From Amoebidium appalachense (taxonomy: Eukaryota > Protista > Ichthyosporea): a stretch of 64,000 bases of DNA. The stretch spans positions 5,214,060 through 5,278,059 of the forward strand of contig CAVNZM010000010.1 in assembly GCA_963693365.1 (NCBI GenBank), read 5' to 3'. The translations under genes were made by a program, and so were the position numbers. Shown in pieces: positions 37,525 to 53,560 of the stretch (the stretch's first letter is position 1; every line of letters begins with the position of its first letter). Below the pieces are notes generated by a model. The model made no database searches, was not told the DNA's origin, and saw nothing but the letters and a program-made list of their open reading frames with translations.

Positions 37525-37737
37525 TTTGAACACCAAAAAAGGAAATCAGGTTTTTTTGTACTAGGTCTATCACACTAAATCTCGGTCACACCTAATCGGA
37601 AATAAGCCCCTGGGCCTCGAGGTCCGTCCAGGTGCCAAAGTAAGTCTAATATCGCTTCCTACAACTTTCTTTAAAGACAATCTATCTCCCCACGATTATA
37701 AAATTTTATAAAGGGTAGGTTTAAAATTTTTAATGTA

Positions 37738-37858
37738 TTATTTGCTTCTTGCCGGGCCAGGACCGTCCTCTATGGCCACAATCTCGTCTGACGGCTGCTT
37801 TCCGTTGCCGGGGGCAAATTCGGCCAGCTGGAGTACCCTGGTTGCTACACGGTCCGTC

Positions 37859-37906
<48 letters not shown>

Positions 37907-38087
37907 ATGTGTGTCGCGTATGTGGGTGTCAGTATGTGTGTGAGTGTTTGTGTTTGTGTTTGTTTGAATTGCTGAAGATTAGAACCCCTGCACGTTCATG
38001 CGTGATTTACAGAATTAATGTAGGCGTGCCTGCACGGGTGTGTGTGCGTGTGCGCATCCGTGTGCTTGTGTCAGTGAGCGCTCATGG

Positions 38088-38159
<72 letters not shown>

Positions 38160-38160
38160 T

Positions 38161-38191
<31 letters not shown>

Positions 38192-38400
38192 TTTGGAGGT
38201 ATACCTGGCTTTGGTTGTGTGAGACCCAGATGGTGGTGAATGTGCCGGAGCGAAGTGTCTTCTCAACAGCCTCCGTAGCTACAGGGTCAAGCGAGCTGGT
38301 GGATTCGTCTAGAAGGAGAACCTGGAAGAAGAGAGGGGGAGGGAGGGGAGGAGGGGAGGAGGGGAGGAGGGGAGGAATTAGCCCTGGGAAAATGTAGGGG

Positions 38401-38458
<58 letters not shown>

Positions 38459-38459
38459 T

Positions 38460-38490
<31 letters not shown>

Positions 38491-40002
38491 GGGGGGGGGA
38501 GATTAAGCCTGAGAGGATGTAGGGGAGAGGTTTACGCTGTTTACTCGAGGCAAAGAGAGACCAGTCTCAGGTATGGGGGGGTTTTGCTCGGAATATCCCC
38601 TCAGCAGTATATCATGAACAGTCAAGAGAATGTGTATGCGCATGTGTGTGGAGGGGGGGAGGGTGGTTGCACCTGAAGGGATGTAGAGGATTATGTTGTG
38701 TCTGTGCGAGGGGAGGGGGGAGGGAGGAGGGGGAGAGTGGGGGTGGCTAAACGTTCACGGAGAGGAGGAGGGAAAATGCCAACTAGGCGCCTTATCGGGT
38801 AGTAGCAGGGTCAATAAAATCATCATCGCTGAATAGTAGCACGGATGGTTAGGGAGTGCGCCCAAACACAATCATAAAAACACGCAGAGACACATTTCTA
38901 CACATACGCACACCCCTACACAAACCCACATCACTGCACCCACACACATAACTGTGCACACATAACCCACAACCCACAACTACAACCACAGACACCCACA
39001 CACACATCCCCACTCAACCACACGCATACGCACGCCCACACACACCACTGGCACAAACACAAACATCAACTAAACACAAAAACGTTCACGAAGGGCTGGC
39101 AGGAAAGGCTCCATATACCACGTATCATTCTCCCTTATCCTTCCCCCCCCCCCCCCCCCCCCCCCCCCCCACGGACACAGACACAGACACAGACACAGAC
39201 ACAGACACAGACACAGACACACACAGAATCTTCCATCCCCCCCCCCCCCCACCTCCCCCCCCTTAATACGTAACCATGCCGCACGTTAGTACCCACAGAC
39301 ACAACCCCAGTGCCGTACCTCAGGTCTTAGGGCCACAGCAATAGCAAGCGCTGCACGTTGCCGTTCACCACCTGAAAGGTCACTCCAACGCTGAATAAAG
39401 AGGGACAGAGAGGAAGAGGGAGAAGGAGAGGGAGGAGAGAGAGAGGTAGAGGGAGATGAGGGGAGAGGGCGGGGGGGGGGGGGGGGGATCAAGGGAGGGA
39501 AAGAAAAATTAATATGGTGCAAAACGGATAGTATGAAACAAGACATGTATACTGACTTTATTACAACACAGAGGTTTACACATTGGGCACACCATTGCAG
39601 GTTATAAACACTCCAAGCGGAAAATATCCCTATATGGTGAAACAGCTTTACACATAGGTAGTGCGTGTGTTTATGTGTGTGTGTGTGTATGGGGGGGGGG
39701 GGGGGGGGGGGGGGGAGGGGGGGAATGCGTCATAAAGTACGAAGTACACAAGAACAACGGATAACACGATGCATGATGCAAACCATACATGAAGAGTATG
39801 CATAATAAGCAGGGGGGGCCCACGTCATCCACAGTACCCGAGTTTCGACCCATTCACCTCGTCATCGAAACCCAACTCAGATATGGTTTGACTTGAGCAT
39901 GGGTGGGTCACCCGTCTTGATCAGAGACGAGCAGGGTTACTTATGCAGGCAAGGGCAGTGGGAAAGGCCGGGGTTTGAACTTGCAGCAGTAAGCAGAAGC
40001 AA

Positions 40003-40054
<52 letters not shown>

Positions 40055-40672
40055 GATACGGACAAATATGTTGAGTATATGGCTCGACTCTGGGATCCGA
40101 CTCAAAGCATGCAAGTGTAAGCACAAATTTATAAATTTTGGAACTAGTCACACTCATGGCTCGACTCTGGGATCCGACTCAAAGCATGCAAGTGTAAGCA
40201 CAAAATTATAAACTTTGGAACTAGTCACACCCACTCACTCACTCACCTAACCCTCTCCTCCCCCCCCCCCCCCCCCCCCCCAGGCGGCCGCAGGCAATAT
40301 TTTGCTGCCATAGCCCATATCGTCTAAATTCCTCAACAGAACCGACACCCCTGATTGACAACCCCCTACCCTGACACCCCACCACTCCCCTTCCGTCCTC
40401 TCTTAAACATAGCGACACCCAGGGAGAAAAGTATGCCTTCAATCAAAGGGTAGGGGTGGTAGGCCCAGGTCAGGAGGGAGGGCGGAGGAACAGAAGGATA
40501 AAGGAGGAGGAGGAGGAGGGGCGGGGGGGGGGGGGGGGGGGGGGGGGGAGGGGGGGGGGGGGCAGCGGGGAGGCGGAGGAAGACGGGAGGGAGGGGAGAG
40601 GGTAGAGGAGGGGCAGCTTGGCAGTGGGGGGAGGGGGTGGGGGTGGGGCGGAGGAGGAGGTGGTAGTGGTGC

Positions 40673-40703
<31 letters not shown>

Positions 40704-40992
40704 GAGGATTATGTTTGCAGGCACCTTGTCAAATGCGTCTGGAGACAGGAACCACTCAGTGCCTACGTCCACCGGGTTACCGACCTGCCGTCCCTTCTGT
40801 GCCCTAAACGATGTGATCTGCAACCATACATATGTCAGCGCTTAGCTGCCACACCCACACCCACACACCCACGCACACTTATACACACACCCACACAAAG
40901 ACACATCCACATCCACACCCACACCCACACACCCACACTCACAAAGACACACACACATGCACGCACGCACGCACACACGAATGTGCGCACAC

Positions 40993-41030
<38 letters not shown>

Positions 41031-41550
41031 GCTTAAACAGGTCGTTGGGGCTACCGGGGAGGAGAGGTGCGTCCTGGGCCACGTAAAACACTCTGGTGCT
41101 GCAGGTTAACTATCAGTACAATGTCCGTCTCATGTCTTGCTCCAAGGACATTCCAAGCCACCTCCCAGGTAAATATAAGCCCCCCCCCATCCCCTCCCCC
41201 TTGCCCCCTGGAAAAAAAATTCTACTTCATTTAAGCATCCCCTCCAAGCCCCCCTCCCCCCCCCTCCCCCCCTCTTCCCCGGGAAAAATATATTAAATAA
41301 AATGAAATGATGTAATAAGGAATTTGAAAGAAAGAGAGAAAGTCTCTGGCCTTCGTCCCAGTCAATCGGTCTTGGCTCTATCTTGTAGGGCCGAAGGAAG
41401 CATAAAGGGAGGCGGAAAAGGGGGAGGGAGGGGGGGGGACAAAGAGGAGGCTTGTCAGAGAAAGAAAGAGTGGGAGACGGGGACAAAAAGATAATGTGTC
41501 CTAGGATTGCAAACTTTCTGACAATGTGTATGCAATATACTGTCCCCCCC

Positions 41551-41587
<37 letters not shown>

Positions 41588-41875
41588 ATACAAACCAAGC
41601 ACACAGAAAAAAAGGAAATAAACACTATGATGAAAGAGCATGATATACGAAGCTGTAAAAAATATCGAGCCCCAAGGTAAAGTGTCAGCATACCGCCAAG
41701 CAGGGGTGCCGAGAGACTCAGGGGTGTGTTCCCCGTTGAGGGTGATGGTTCCCTCGTCCTGTGCGTCCAACTGTGCAAGAAGCCGCAGAAGATGTGTTTT
41801 GCCCGCCCCCGAGGGTCCTCGGATCACGAGCGCTTCACCTTTTTCCACCTCGAAATTCAACCCTGTGTGTGTGTG

Positions 41876-41922
<47 letters not shown>

Positions 41923-42058
41923 GGCTGTTCGAGACAGAAAGACATGTACGGGGAGGCTCGGGGGGATAGCGAGGAGGAGGAAAGGGGGAGGGAGTGGAGG
42001 GAGGCGGAGAGGGAAAGAATGAGCAAGAGAGGGGGGAAGGGGAGAGAAGGGAGAGAGA

Positions 42059-42137
<79 letters not shown>

Positions 42138-43004
42138 TGTGTGTGTGTGCAAGAGAGGAGAACGAAGGAGAAAAAGGAGAGGAAGAGAGGGAGGCAGATA
42201 GGGGGGAAGGGGGGGGGGGGGGTCAGATGTTATAGAGCGGCAAGGAGGGGAGAGCTGCGGGTGACTCAGGACCACAGGGCGGGGCAGGGCATTTGTTGTG
42301 GGGGGGGGGGGGGGGGGGGGGGGGAGGGGATAGAAGGGCAGAACCAGAACAGAGGTGCATCAGTCGTAGGTTCAAAGTGGGTAGAAGCGGCTAGGCAGAG
42401 AGAGCTGAGATGCACGTCAAGACAAGTGCAGAAGACTGCACGAGGTGAAGTGTTGAGAACAAGTGATGACTACAAGCCGGCAGGGGTGCCATAGGAGTTT
42501 TTGGTTTTGCGGGTGTGCTTGTAGGTTTTTTTTCTTTTTATTTTATTTTTATTTTTTTTTGGGGGGGGGGGGGGGGGGGGGGAGGGGGGGGGAGGGGGAG
42601 GGGGTTGTGCTGGGATGGGAACCGTTGAGAGGCCCAAGTCAGTAAACAGTTCAACAGAAGGGAAGCCCGAAAACATTGCATAACGTATGCTAATACACCA
42701 GCATGAGGGGAAAGGGGGGGGGGGGGGGGGGGAGGGGGGAGGGGGAAGGGGATGCTACCATAGTTGGGGAGGGCCTGGAGGGGGAGTGGGAGTGAGGAGG
42801 AAAGGAAGGCGAAGGAGAAGGGGTGTGGTTGGAGGGTGACGGAGGCATTGGCAAGGAGCTGGTTGGGAGAAGGAGGGAAGGGGGGAAGGGGGGAAGGGCG
42901 CGCGGCAGGGAGGGGGGGGAGGGGGGGGGAGAAAGGTCCAAACCTTGGAACAAGACACGGCCCCCTGGCAGACTGCACTTGAGGCCAACCACAGACAGGG
43001 ACAT
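37738..43004 (-). CDS. Stand-alone ABC ATPase subunit (FetA/YbbL, plant STAR1-like), ~233 aa, 7 exons
   Basis: Exons 43004-42944, 41862-41694, 41098-41029, 40817-40725, 39390-39319, 38321-38205, 37857-37738 (702 nt). Walker A GPSGAGKT, Q-loop YVAQD, signature LSGGERQR, Walker B VLLLDE, D-loop SSLD, H-switch WVSH. Confidence 0.93.
38529..38617. repeat. ~90-bp dispersed repeat (inverted copy at 52443-52534)
   Basis: GGTTTACGCTGTTTACTCGAGGCAAAGAG...GAATATCCCCTCAGC matches the reverse complement of 52443-52534. Confidence 0.9.
39724..40002 (-). mobile_element. Short poly-C-flanked repeat family B, putative non-autonomous Penelope-like element
   Basis: 3' part is near-identical to 57172-57330; 5' part shares motifs with family A; bounded by C tracts on the sense strand. 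Has a 13-nt deletion between two CTG repeats relative to the 57.2-kb copy. Confidence 0.65.
40079..40230. repeat. 77-bp tandem duplication (2 copies)
   Basis: ATGGCTCGACTCTGGGATCC...GGAACTAGTCACAC twice, 2 substitutions. Confidence 0.95.
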
Positions 43005-44042
43005 GGGGCCGGCGGGTGTGCCTGCCTGTGCAGCAGGTGCAAAGCTTGGCGGGCAGAGCAGGTGCTGGCGTAAGTGAATTGCTTGAAGTTAATCGTGACA
43101 AAGCCCAATTCTGTGGTGTATGTGAAAGCTCCTACGGTATGCCCGGTTCTTACCAAGGAACACTGAGTTGTTACACGGTCTGACGTACTACGGGCAGCTT
43201 GAAGTTTGAACAAACGGATGCGAGGCAGCCGTTGGTTGTTGTGTTTGTACAGTGTATGCAAGTGGCGTCATCAAAAACCAATCGGCGTAGTACAAGCAGC
43301 CCCATAAATAGAAATGTGCGACGGTGTTGTTTCATTGGCTTTCTGTAATCCAATCGGACATACGGATCTTGGCACGCCGGCGTGCACCGCCGCACACTCT
43401 GACTTTGAGCAGGACTTTGAGTGACTTGAGTCTCACCGTGTGGGTACTGGGTGGGCTGGTCACTGGAATATAGACCAAACCTGGGGGCAATTGGGGGAAT
43501 GACAAGGAATGAAAGAAAACACACAACAGCACATGTGAGCAACTGTACACCGCTGTAAAAACTAATTACACTTCAACAAGTATTATCATGTAAGTTAGAT
43601 TCACCCTGGCCTGGCAGGGCTGGAATACACTCCGGCCTGGCCTGGAATAGGTTTCCCTCGGCAAATGCATGGCCCTTACTCTGGTGCACCAGGCACTACA
43701 GAACGCGTCATGGCAGAGGGGGAAAATTCAAACAACGAAGGCGAAGAAGGCTTAGATGAAACCAAGTTTGTCTGTTACAATCACTAAACAGTGCACACCA
43801 CATGGATATGCTCGAAACACCGGTGTACAGGAACTGAGTGATTCGCACTATCTCTAAACCTCTGCAAACACATGCACCCTGAGGGTAGGAGTATGATACT
43901 GTGCGATCGTGCTGTGTACGTGCATGCAAGGCACAGAGGCTACGATGATGCTCACTATACAGCTGTACAAGCAGTGCATAAAAAAAATCACTGGCACATA
44001 GCATACACCCCTGTACAAAAAACACAAAAATACACACAAAAC

Positions 44043-44114
44043 ATTGGAAAGTAGCTTTACATGGTCAAAATAGCAAAAAAATTGGAAAGTAGCTTTACAT
44101 GGTCAAAATAGCAA
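44043..44114. repeat. 34-bp direct duplication spanning the GH79 stop codon
   Basis: ATTGGAAAGTAGCTTTACATGGTCAAAATAGCAA at 44043-44076 and 44081-44114, separated by AAAA. Confidence 0.95.
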
Positions 44115-44527
44115 TTGTCAGTGGCGCAACACTGACCGTGAACACGCCTCCATTTGCCGCAACCTTCTCCTCCGTGTATGTGCCCTTCAGTTTGCCGTTC
44201 CGGCCTACGCGCTGTCCAGCAAAAGTCACGTCGCTAGAGAACACGTTTGGTGCCGTGAGACGGATGACACCGGCCTGGGTTGCGCTGCCGGCGGCCACCT
44301 TAACAGAGATGGGTGCCGTTTGATCGGCGTCCTTGTGGATAATGCAGATGTGTGTCTTGCCTCCGTTCTCAATACCCCACACCTGTGTGCAAGAGGGAAT
44401 GTGAGAACTTGGGGCATGTTGACTGAAAAGTTGTGGTGGAAGGAAAGAAATCGACAATGACTATTAGTAGGATTGGGGACTCGGGTAGAATTTCGGGCGG
44501 GTGAGGGAGATGTTTGTGTTTGTATGT

Positions 44528-44558
<31 letters not shown>

Positions 44559-45708
44559 GGGGGAGGAGAGGGGAGATGGGGGGTTTAACACTCTCTAACG
44601 TGCCCGCTACTTTCTTCATACATTTCTTATGTCTCCTCATCCTCCTCCCCTCCCCCCTCCCCCTCCCCGCGCTGGCTTTCCTTCCCCCAATCTCCAGTTT
44701 TCTACCTCCAATTACATTGCCATTAGGGCTTTGTGATATACATCAAAAATGCCGTAGGAGGTCCCCCCCCCCCCCCCCCAATTTTCATTCGCACCATGAT
44801 GATTATCCCGCATCCGTCAAACCCCCCCCCCCCCCCCTAATCACCCCCTTTTTACAAACATCATTCACCCCCCTCCTCGCCCTCTAGGACCTCCCATCCA
44901 CCCGACGCCTACGCCTACGCCCCCCACCCTCTTGTCATAATGTAATAAATCCTGGTGCAACCCTGTCCCAAATGTCCCTATTTCCTCCCGTGAGTTCTCA
45001 TCTCAAAACCCCCTAGGATGAACTCAATTATCTAATAGATCTGCTGATGCTGACTGAAGGGACCAAAAACTAGCAGGTCCTTTACCCCCCCCCCCCCCCC
45101 CCCGAAAAAAGCACAAGCGCTTTTTTCGAAACCCACCTTGATGAGCTTGCTGGTTGTGCCAACAGACGGCACAAAGATGCGTGCAGACCCGGACTGGACC
45201 AACCTTGCAAATGCCAACGACGCATAGTACACCGGCAGAACCTCAATCGCGCTGTTACCCACCGTGTTAAACGGCGTGTAGATATGCCCCGGAACTGCGT
45301 GGATATACCCACCGGCAACCCCCCTCAGGGCAACTTCCAAAAGGTTATCCAACGCCCACAGAGTGGTGGCAAAAGATTTGCTCAAACACGCGTTTCCTCC
45401 GCATGAAAATGCGTTTCCTTCGGTCCAAATGAGCTGTTTCCCGCCGACGGCGTTAACGGCACGCTCGAGCCAATCATATGACTTGGTTTCGTCACCCGGG
45501 ATGGGATCAGCCAATAGCGTGCGGAGGTTTGACGCCTTGCTGCAGCCAGAGTTGCCGTAGCGGTGATAGGACACGAACTTGGTGGTGGGGCCGCTCTGGT
45601 CGGCAAAAGTGCCCAGATCACCCTGTTGTTGTCGGCTATGTGTCAATATATGAAAGGGTGGGGTGGGGTGTTGGGGGGAGCGTGGTGGTAGTGGTGGTGG
45701 TGCGAGTG

Positions 45709-45740
<32 letters not shown>

Positions 45741-46505
45741 AAGGTTGGTAACCGGCCAAGGGTGCTATACTGTTGCTGGGAATTTAATACTGGAAGTGAG
45801 GAAAGGGCGCATGGGGTGGGTGGATAGAGGTTAGGGAGGGTGCTAGCAAAAGTGTGTTTGATTGAGTAAATAAGGCAACTACCGTGGCAAACCAAAATAA
45901 GGTGCCAGAGAGCCTAGGAGAGTACATTGTCAGTGTTGAGGGAAAAAGAGGGTGGGTGTGTGTATGTATGTGTTTCCGCGGGGGGGGGGGGGGGAAGGGG
46001 AAGGGGAAGGGTGGGGTGGGGTGGGGTGCACTGAAGTGAGGAGGGGGGGAGGGCGGAGGGCGGAGAAGCGGATAGGAAAGGAAAGGGGTAGGAGCAGCAT
46101 CACAGGTGATGACGTACCAATGCACACTGCAAGAATTCCATAGATATTCAACACGAGACATCACGAGTTTTTGCCTTGCAAGGGAATGTATCACTGTAAA
46201 ACACAAACTCTGACCCCACACACATACCTGCCAACACGGTAGTTTGCCCTTCGGGAAAGTGTTGCATCCGGCAATGGCAGGCCCCTGCAAAGGCACCATT
46301 TTCTTGTCTGCGGGCCACCCGGCCACGAGTGCCTTTTCCAGGTCCTGATATTCCTTCATGTAGTCGCCAAAGGAATACGTGGGGTTGGCGCGGAAACATT
46401 TCTTCTCCAACTGCCAGTGGTCGGGCTCGTTACCAAGCTCGAGGGAGTGGATGTTGTTCACGTCGATGTTTTTGAGAATGCCCTGCGTGACAAACTCAAC
46501 TGCAT

Positions 46506-46552
<47 letters not shown>

Positions 46553-46609
46553 GCAAGGGGCGACAGAGAGGGGGATGGGATGAGGGAGAGAAAGAGAGCT
46601 GGGATTAAG

Positions 46610-46647
<38 letters not shown>

Positions 46648-46869
46648 GGGGGGGGGGGGGGGGATGAGGGAAAATGGGTCAGACAGAGACACCGGGAGAA
46701 AGAGAAAGCGCGAGAGAAGTTTGGAGAAAGAGAAAGAGAGAGAAACAAGGAAATACGAATCAGAGAAGAGAACGACAGAAATAGCCATGGAGAGAAAAGG
46801 GAGAGGTAGAGAGAGGTGGGGGATGGGGAAGAAGAGGTAGAGGGAGAGAGTGTGTGTATGTGTGTACGT

Positions 46870-46900
<31 letters not shown>

Positions 46901-47756
46901 GGGGGGGCACAGAGGGAGGGATAAAGGACGTTAGAGACGTTAGAGTGTGGTAAATGGAATACAAATTAATGACAAAACAACGCAGTGCCACAAAAAGACA
47001 TCGACAAGCACATGAAGCAACATGACATGGGGTTGCATAACCTGGAAAGCAGATGTGAGTGAGGAGGTGAACGTGATAACGCCTTGGAGAAAATGTGAGG
47101 CAGGCCTTAGCCCCGAGCATAGATAAAGCAAAAGAAGCACAGAAATTACAAACAGCAACATGAATTGCGACGTACCTCGTGTCCTTTACCATCATGGGCA
47201 GACCGAGGGTCAAACGTGCATTTGCCGCACTCGAGAGAGCATTAATCTCCTGCAGTAGCTCGTCTGTAATCACCACCTTTGACTCTTTGAACTTGGGCAG
47301 GTTGCTCTTGTCAAGTGCAACGTTCATAGCGCTATTCCCACCAATAAGGAGGTTCACGGGCGCCCCGCCTACCTGCAAGTTCTTAAACAGCTGCACAACG
47401 GCCTTGTTTGGTGTCATGCTCTTTACCAACTCATCCACACCGTTCCACTCGAAAGAAAATCCAAGGAAGTCCGACGGAACAGTGTCCGAAGTGCGAGTGC
47501 GTGAGGCAGGGTTCACGTCGACAGAGGTATATTGTGCAGCGCCAGCCTGGGGCTTGAGCTCGTTTGCGGTGAAATCTGCGCAGTTTGAAAACGTTTCCGT
47601 GACCTCTGTTTTGTCTCCGCTCTGTGCGGCAGTGGATGTCCCTTTCTGTGCAATCATGGCCCTGCACGCATCAATTTCCGTTGTCTGGCCTAACACGCCT
47701 GTGGGCGTCATGGCGACAGCAAGGGCGGCAAAGGCCGCGGCTGTTTTGCACGCCAT
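44095..47756 (-). CDS. Secreted glycoside hydrolase family 79 (beta-glucuronidase/heparanase-like), ~544 aa, 4 exons
   Basis: Exons 47756-47176, 46507-46228, 45622-45137, 44382-44095 (1635 nt). Signal peptide, FLGFSFEW, IGGNS, acid/base LELGNEPD, SYHRY, nucleophile WTEGN, SKSFATTLWALD, PVYY, C-terminal beta-sandwich. Confidence 0.88.
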
Positions 47757-47891
47757 TTTCTTTCTTCTAAGTGTATAACACGTGTAGTTAGAATACTATT
47801 CAACACAGTCAACAGTACAATTCATAAAGCTCTCTCACCATTCCAACCTAATGGACAGGAGGAACAGACTGAAATGAAGACGCGTGTTCTG

Positions 47892-47897
47892 TTTATA
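47892..47897 (-). promoter_or_regulatory. Putative TATA box of the GH79 gene
   Basis: TATAAA on the minus strand ~135 nt upstream of the ATG. Confidence 0.4.
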
Positions 47898-48539
47898 TGC
47901 ATCCCGTGGCTGACGATAGAACAATAGCGAATGAGAATGCAGAACATAAAGCGGTGCAAAAGAAGAAGAATTCTCAAGAAGATCGCAAAAATTATGAGGT
48001 GCTCGCATACTTAACCAGGTGCATTAATGCTGCAAATACACAATAAAACTTTAGAGAATGTCATAACATTACCTTATAATTCCTTTAGATTCTGCTACCC
48101 TTACTTTTTTTGACATTTTACTGTCAATAAGTGTTTATTATTGAACGAGGTATTCATCGCCCCAGTAGCTAGGTTTTGAACACGAGCTGGTTCATTTTGC
48201 TTTTCAGTCACCGCGCTCAAACATTCTGGAATATTGGATTGGTGTTTGGCACAAAGGTGTTGTCTCCCTATACTTCTTTTTGTATGTTTGCTCATGGCTG
48301 TGACACCCTTGATGTGAGTCTAAGAAAATGTTTTCATAATTAATAATGTATGCGTGCAGCGTGCCTTTAAGTAAAATGTGATTGCAAAAAACAAATTATA
48401 TTCAAAAATGAATGCCTTTTATTTTTTGATTTTTTTAAATCAGTAGTAGTTAAATACAATATACATACAACAACAGGCTTCAAATATATTCCTGAAAGGA
48501 ATTGTCTATTTTGATTGTTCACGAGCCCTCCTAATCAAC

Positions 48540-50251
<1,712 letters not shown>

Positions 50252-50723
50252 CTGCAGACGCAGTGTCACGCATGCACAGAGTGTGCACGTGTGTGCATGT
50301 ACATGTCGGTACGTATACCGTGCGCATTTACATATAGCGTGTGTGTTTGCCTGGCGGCACATGTGAGTTCGGCACTGCTACCATTACGTAAATGTGTCAC
50401 ATCGCATTGGGTTGACGCATGCAATAAAGTGCATTGCCAAACACACGCATACGTGTGTGACGGCCACCGTCTGTGTGTGTGCCTGTGTGTGTGTGTACAT
50501 GTGTGTGTTTTGTGTGTGCGTGTGTACCTGTGTGTGTGTGTCTGCGTGCGCGCACGCACGCACGTACGTGTGCGTCTGTGTATGTGTGCCACAGTGTTTG
50601 AAACGGTGTTCCTTAGAATAAGCAGTTCAGGTTGTCTGGCCTACCCCAAGTGTGCTTAGCCCTGACACACGCATGCTTGTGTCTTCCGTGGCATCTGTCA
50701 CGGGTGTGTGCGTGTGTGTGTGG

Positions 50724-50834
<111 letters not shown>

Positions 50835-51651
50835 GTTCGTACTGCACGCATGCACGCACATATTGGTGCACAAGAGTGCTAGGGGGGCGAGGGAGGGAGG
50901 GGGGGAAGGGGGAGCGGAGGAAGGAGAATGCAAGGTGCTTGAGGGCAGAGGATGAGGAAAGTACGTGTGCCACGTGTGTCCGCGTGAATAACGATGTGCA
51001 ACCACCGTCTAGATCTGGAGCACATCATATTACTAGGCTCTCGCAAAACAGCCTGTGAGCGTGTCCGTGAGTGAGAGTGTGCCTGCTGCGTGCGCACGTG
51101 CACGCGTCACGATGTCGGGTCTGCTGGCTCTCTTTGTATGTGTGTGTGTTTTCGAGACTCCGGTTTTTATGTTTGTATCTTTCTTGATCAGGGCGTGTGT
51201 GTGCTGCACGTCCCGTCGTGCCCATATGTGCAAGTGTGCATGCCACGTGTGGTGTGTGGCACATGCGAGTGTGTGTGGTGTTTGTGTGTTTGTATGTGTG
51301 TGTGTGTGTGTATGTGTGTGTGCGTGCATGCGCGTGTGTGTGCCGGTGTGTGTGCGTGTGTGTGCACGCACATGGGTGCAACCTTGTCGTTGGAACGGGG
51401 TTGAGCATGGTCATGCGGAGAAACAGCAAGTCGGGGCGGAGCCTCGGGGAAGGGGGGGGGGGGGGGGGGGGGGAAGGGGGGGGGGAGGGGGGGGGGGGGG
51501 GGGGAGACGGACTTGGGCGGGGGGACTCGGGGAGGGGGCCCGGGGGAAGAGGGGGGGGTGGGGGGACGGGGCTCGGTGGGGGTTCCGGGGGGGAGGGGTT
51601 TTTGAGCTCGAGGTGGCCACATGCACACTGATGCCAATATAGTGCGGGTGA

Positions 51652-52266
51652 GTAACACGCAATCTGGTTTTCACAAAGCAAAGTTTCCGAGACTGTTCTT
51701 TGAGAGTCTCTAGGTCTTGCTCTCTCCGCCCCTCTCGCTCACAGTGTCGCATCTCCCTATGCATCTCCCTCTCGAAACTAAGCCTTATGTCTCGTTTTAT
51801 ATATACTGACCGCCTCAACCATATTGCCAAATATGGCACTCGCAAGTGTATAACACCTAAATACATATTACCTTCCTGTAGAACTGGTCTTTCTCTAGCT
51901 GATGGTATTATTGATCAATTACCACGCTTTTACTGTACACGTGCTATACAGTGGAGATCTAATAAGTATAAGGTGGCATCATTTGCATGCCCAAACAACA
52001 CACACACACACCAGTTTAACCGGTCATGTATCGCCAAATGTAGTTTGATAGACCACATAATACCGCAACACACACACGTCACATTCACAACAGACACCCA
52101 GAAAGATAGCCTACCTGTAAATTACAACATCCTTGATTTTATACTAAACACGCGTAACTACGACCTGTTTATTAGATGTATTGATTGGCTTGAGAAACAC
52201 ATCACTACAAAATTATAGCGCACGCGCACACACACACACAAACACACACACACACACACACACACA
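51652..52266 (+). mobile_element. 3'-terminal fragment of a non-LTR retrotransposon ORF with a (CA)n tail
   Basis: Intronless ORF ending at 52218 with a LINE-like C-terminal pattern RAIQWR...ACP...H.FNRSCIAKC...ILDFILN, followed at once by a CA repeat. RT core absent. Confidence 0.5.
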
Positions 52267-52299
52267 ACCAGCTGATACCGAGTGTCCCGAGGGGAGCCC

Positions 52300-52341
<42 letters not shown>

Positions 52342-53151
52342 GGGGAACCCCAACTAATTGATTTCTCCTTGTAGTCTTTATGGTGTCTCGTAGAGAAAGT
52401 AAACCCTGATATATAGTCACCACCCGACATCTATGTACGTGATCATGATATACCGCTGAGGGGATATTCCGAGCAAAACCCCCCCCCCCATACCTGAGAC
52501 TGGTTCTCTTTGCCTCGAGTAAACAGCGTAAACCCCCTTCTCTCTCTGTCCCTTTTTCTACTGCACCTTGGCCTAGGCCTGGATCGGACTCGATCGCAAC
52601 ACGATCGCGATCGCAAACGTCCAACTTAAAATCGAGTATCCGGATTGTGCCTGGCACCGGTCGCTTTGTGTTTTTTTTTTTTGAAGGCAGCTTTTCGACT
52701 CAGGCTGCCTCACTGAGCTACTTGTAAGGCGGGTGTGAATGATGTGTATTTTGGACCACGAAAAAAGACGCTATTAGTAGGCATCCCCCAGACTTAATTA
52801 CTCGATCGATACTTAACACTGAGGCATCACATCCGCAACCTCGAATGGGAGCATAGCTGGAGGGAGACTATATGGACTATTTTCAGATTGAGGGATCCAA
52901 GTTTCCTTGTCTCCGTGACTTTACTACTGTATGTTTAGGCACGCCGGCTCTTTTTCAGGGAATATACCTGCTCCCACCAGAACTGTGCAACTGTGCTCGT
53001 TAGCTACCAACGATTCCATGCACACAAGCGGGAGTGCATGTTGATCAGTCGACAAAACAAAGAGATAGATCACCCAGCGAAAACTTTGAAAAAGCCCCTG
53101 AGTGATTCTTTTTGTGAGCTCGTATCTCTGTAGTTGAATAAATAGGGCAAC

Positions 53152-53302
53152 ATGGGGCTATTACGGGGAACATCATTACGGTGGCTTGCTTCTGTGGTGC
53201 TTGTTCTAACAATCACACAAGGTGAGCTGCCCGTTCCCCATTCTGAACACCTGTGCCCCATCCATTCTCCCCCCCCCCCCCTCCCCCTCCCCCCCCCCCC
53301 AA

Positions 53303-53359
<57 letters not shown>

Positions 53360-53517
53360 ACACACGCACGGACACACACAAGCGTACGCGCACATCCCGT
53401 ACGGTAAACCCTCTCACCCCATTCCCTGCCTCTCCTTCCCTTCCCTTCTCCCCCCCTCTCTCTTTCTGTCTTCACTGCCCTCCCCTCCCTCCCTCCCTCC
53501 CCCTTCCCTCCCCCCCT

Positions 53518-53560
<43 letters not shown>

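Noticed and set aside
40818-41028. Zebrafish-like complementary (GT)n/(AC)n bridging of intron ends
   Set aside because: Introns here have GT at the 5' end or CA at the 3' end but not consistently both.
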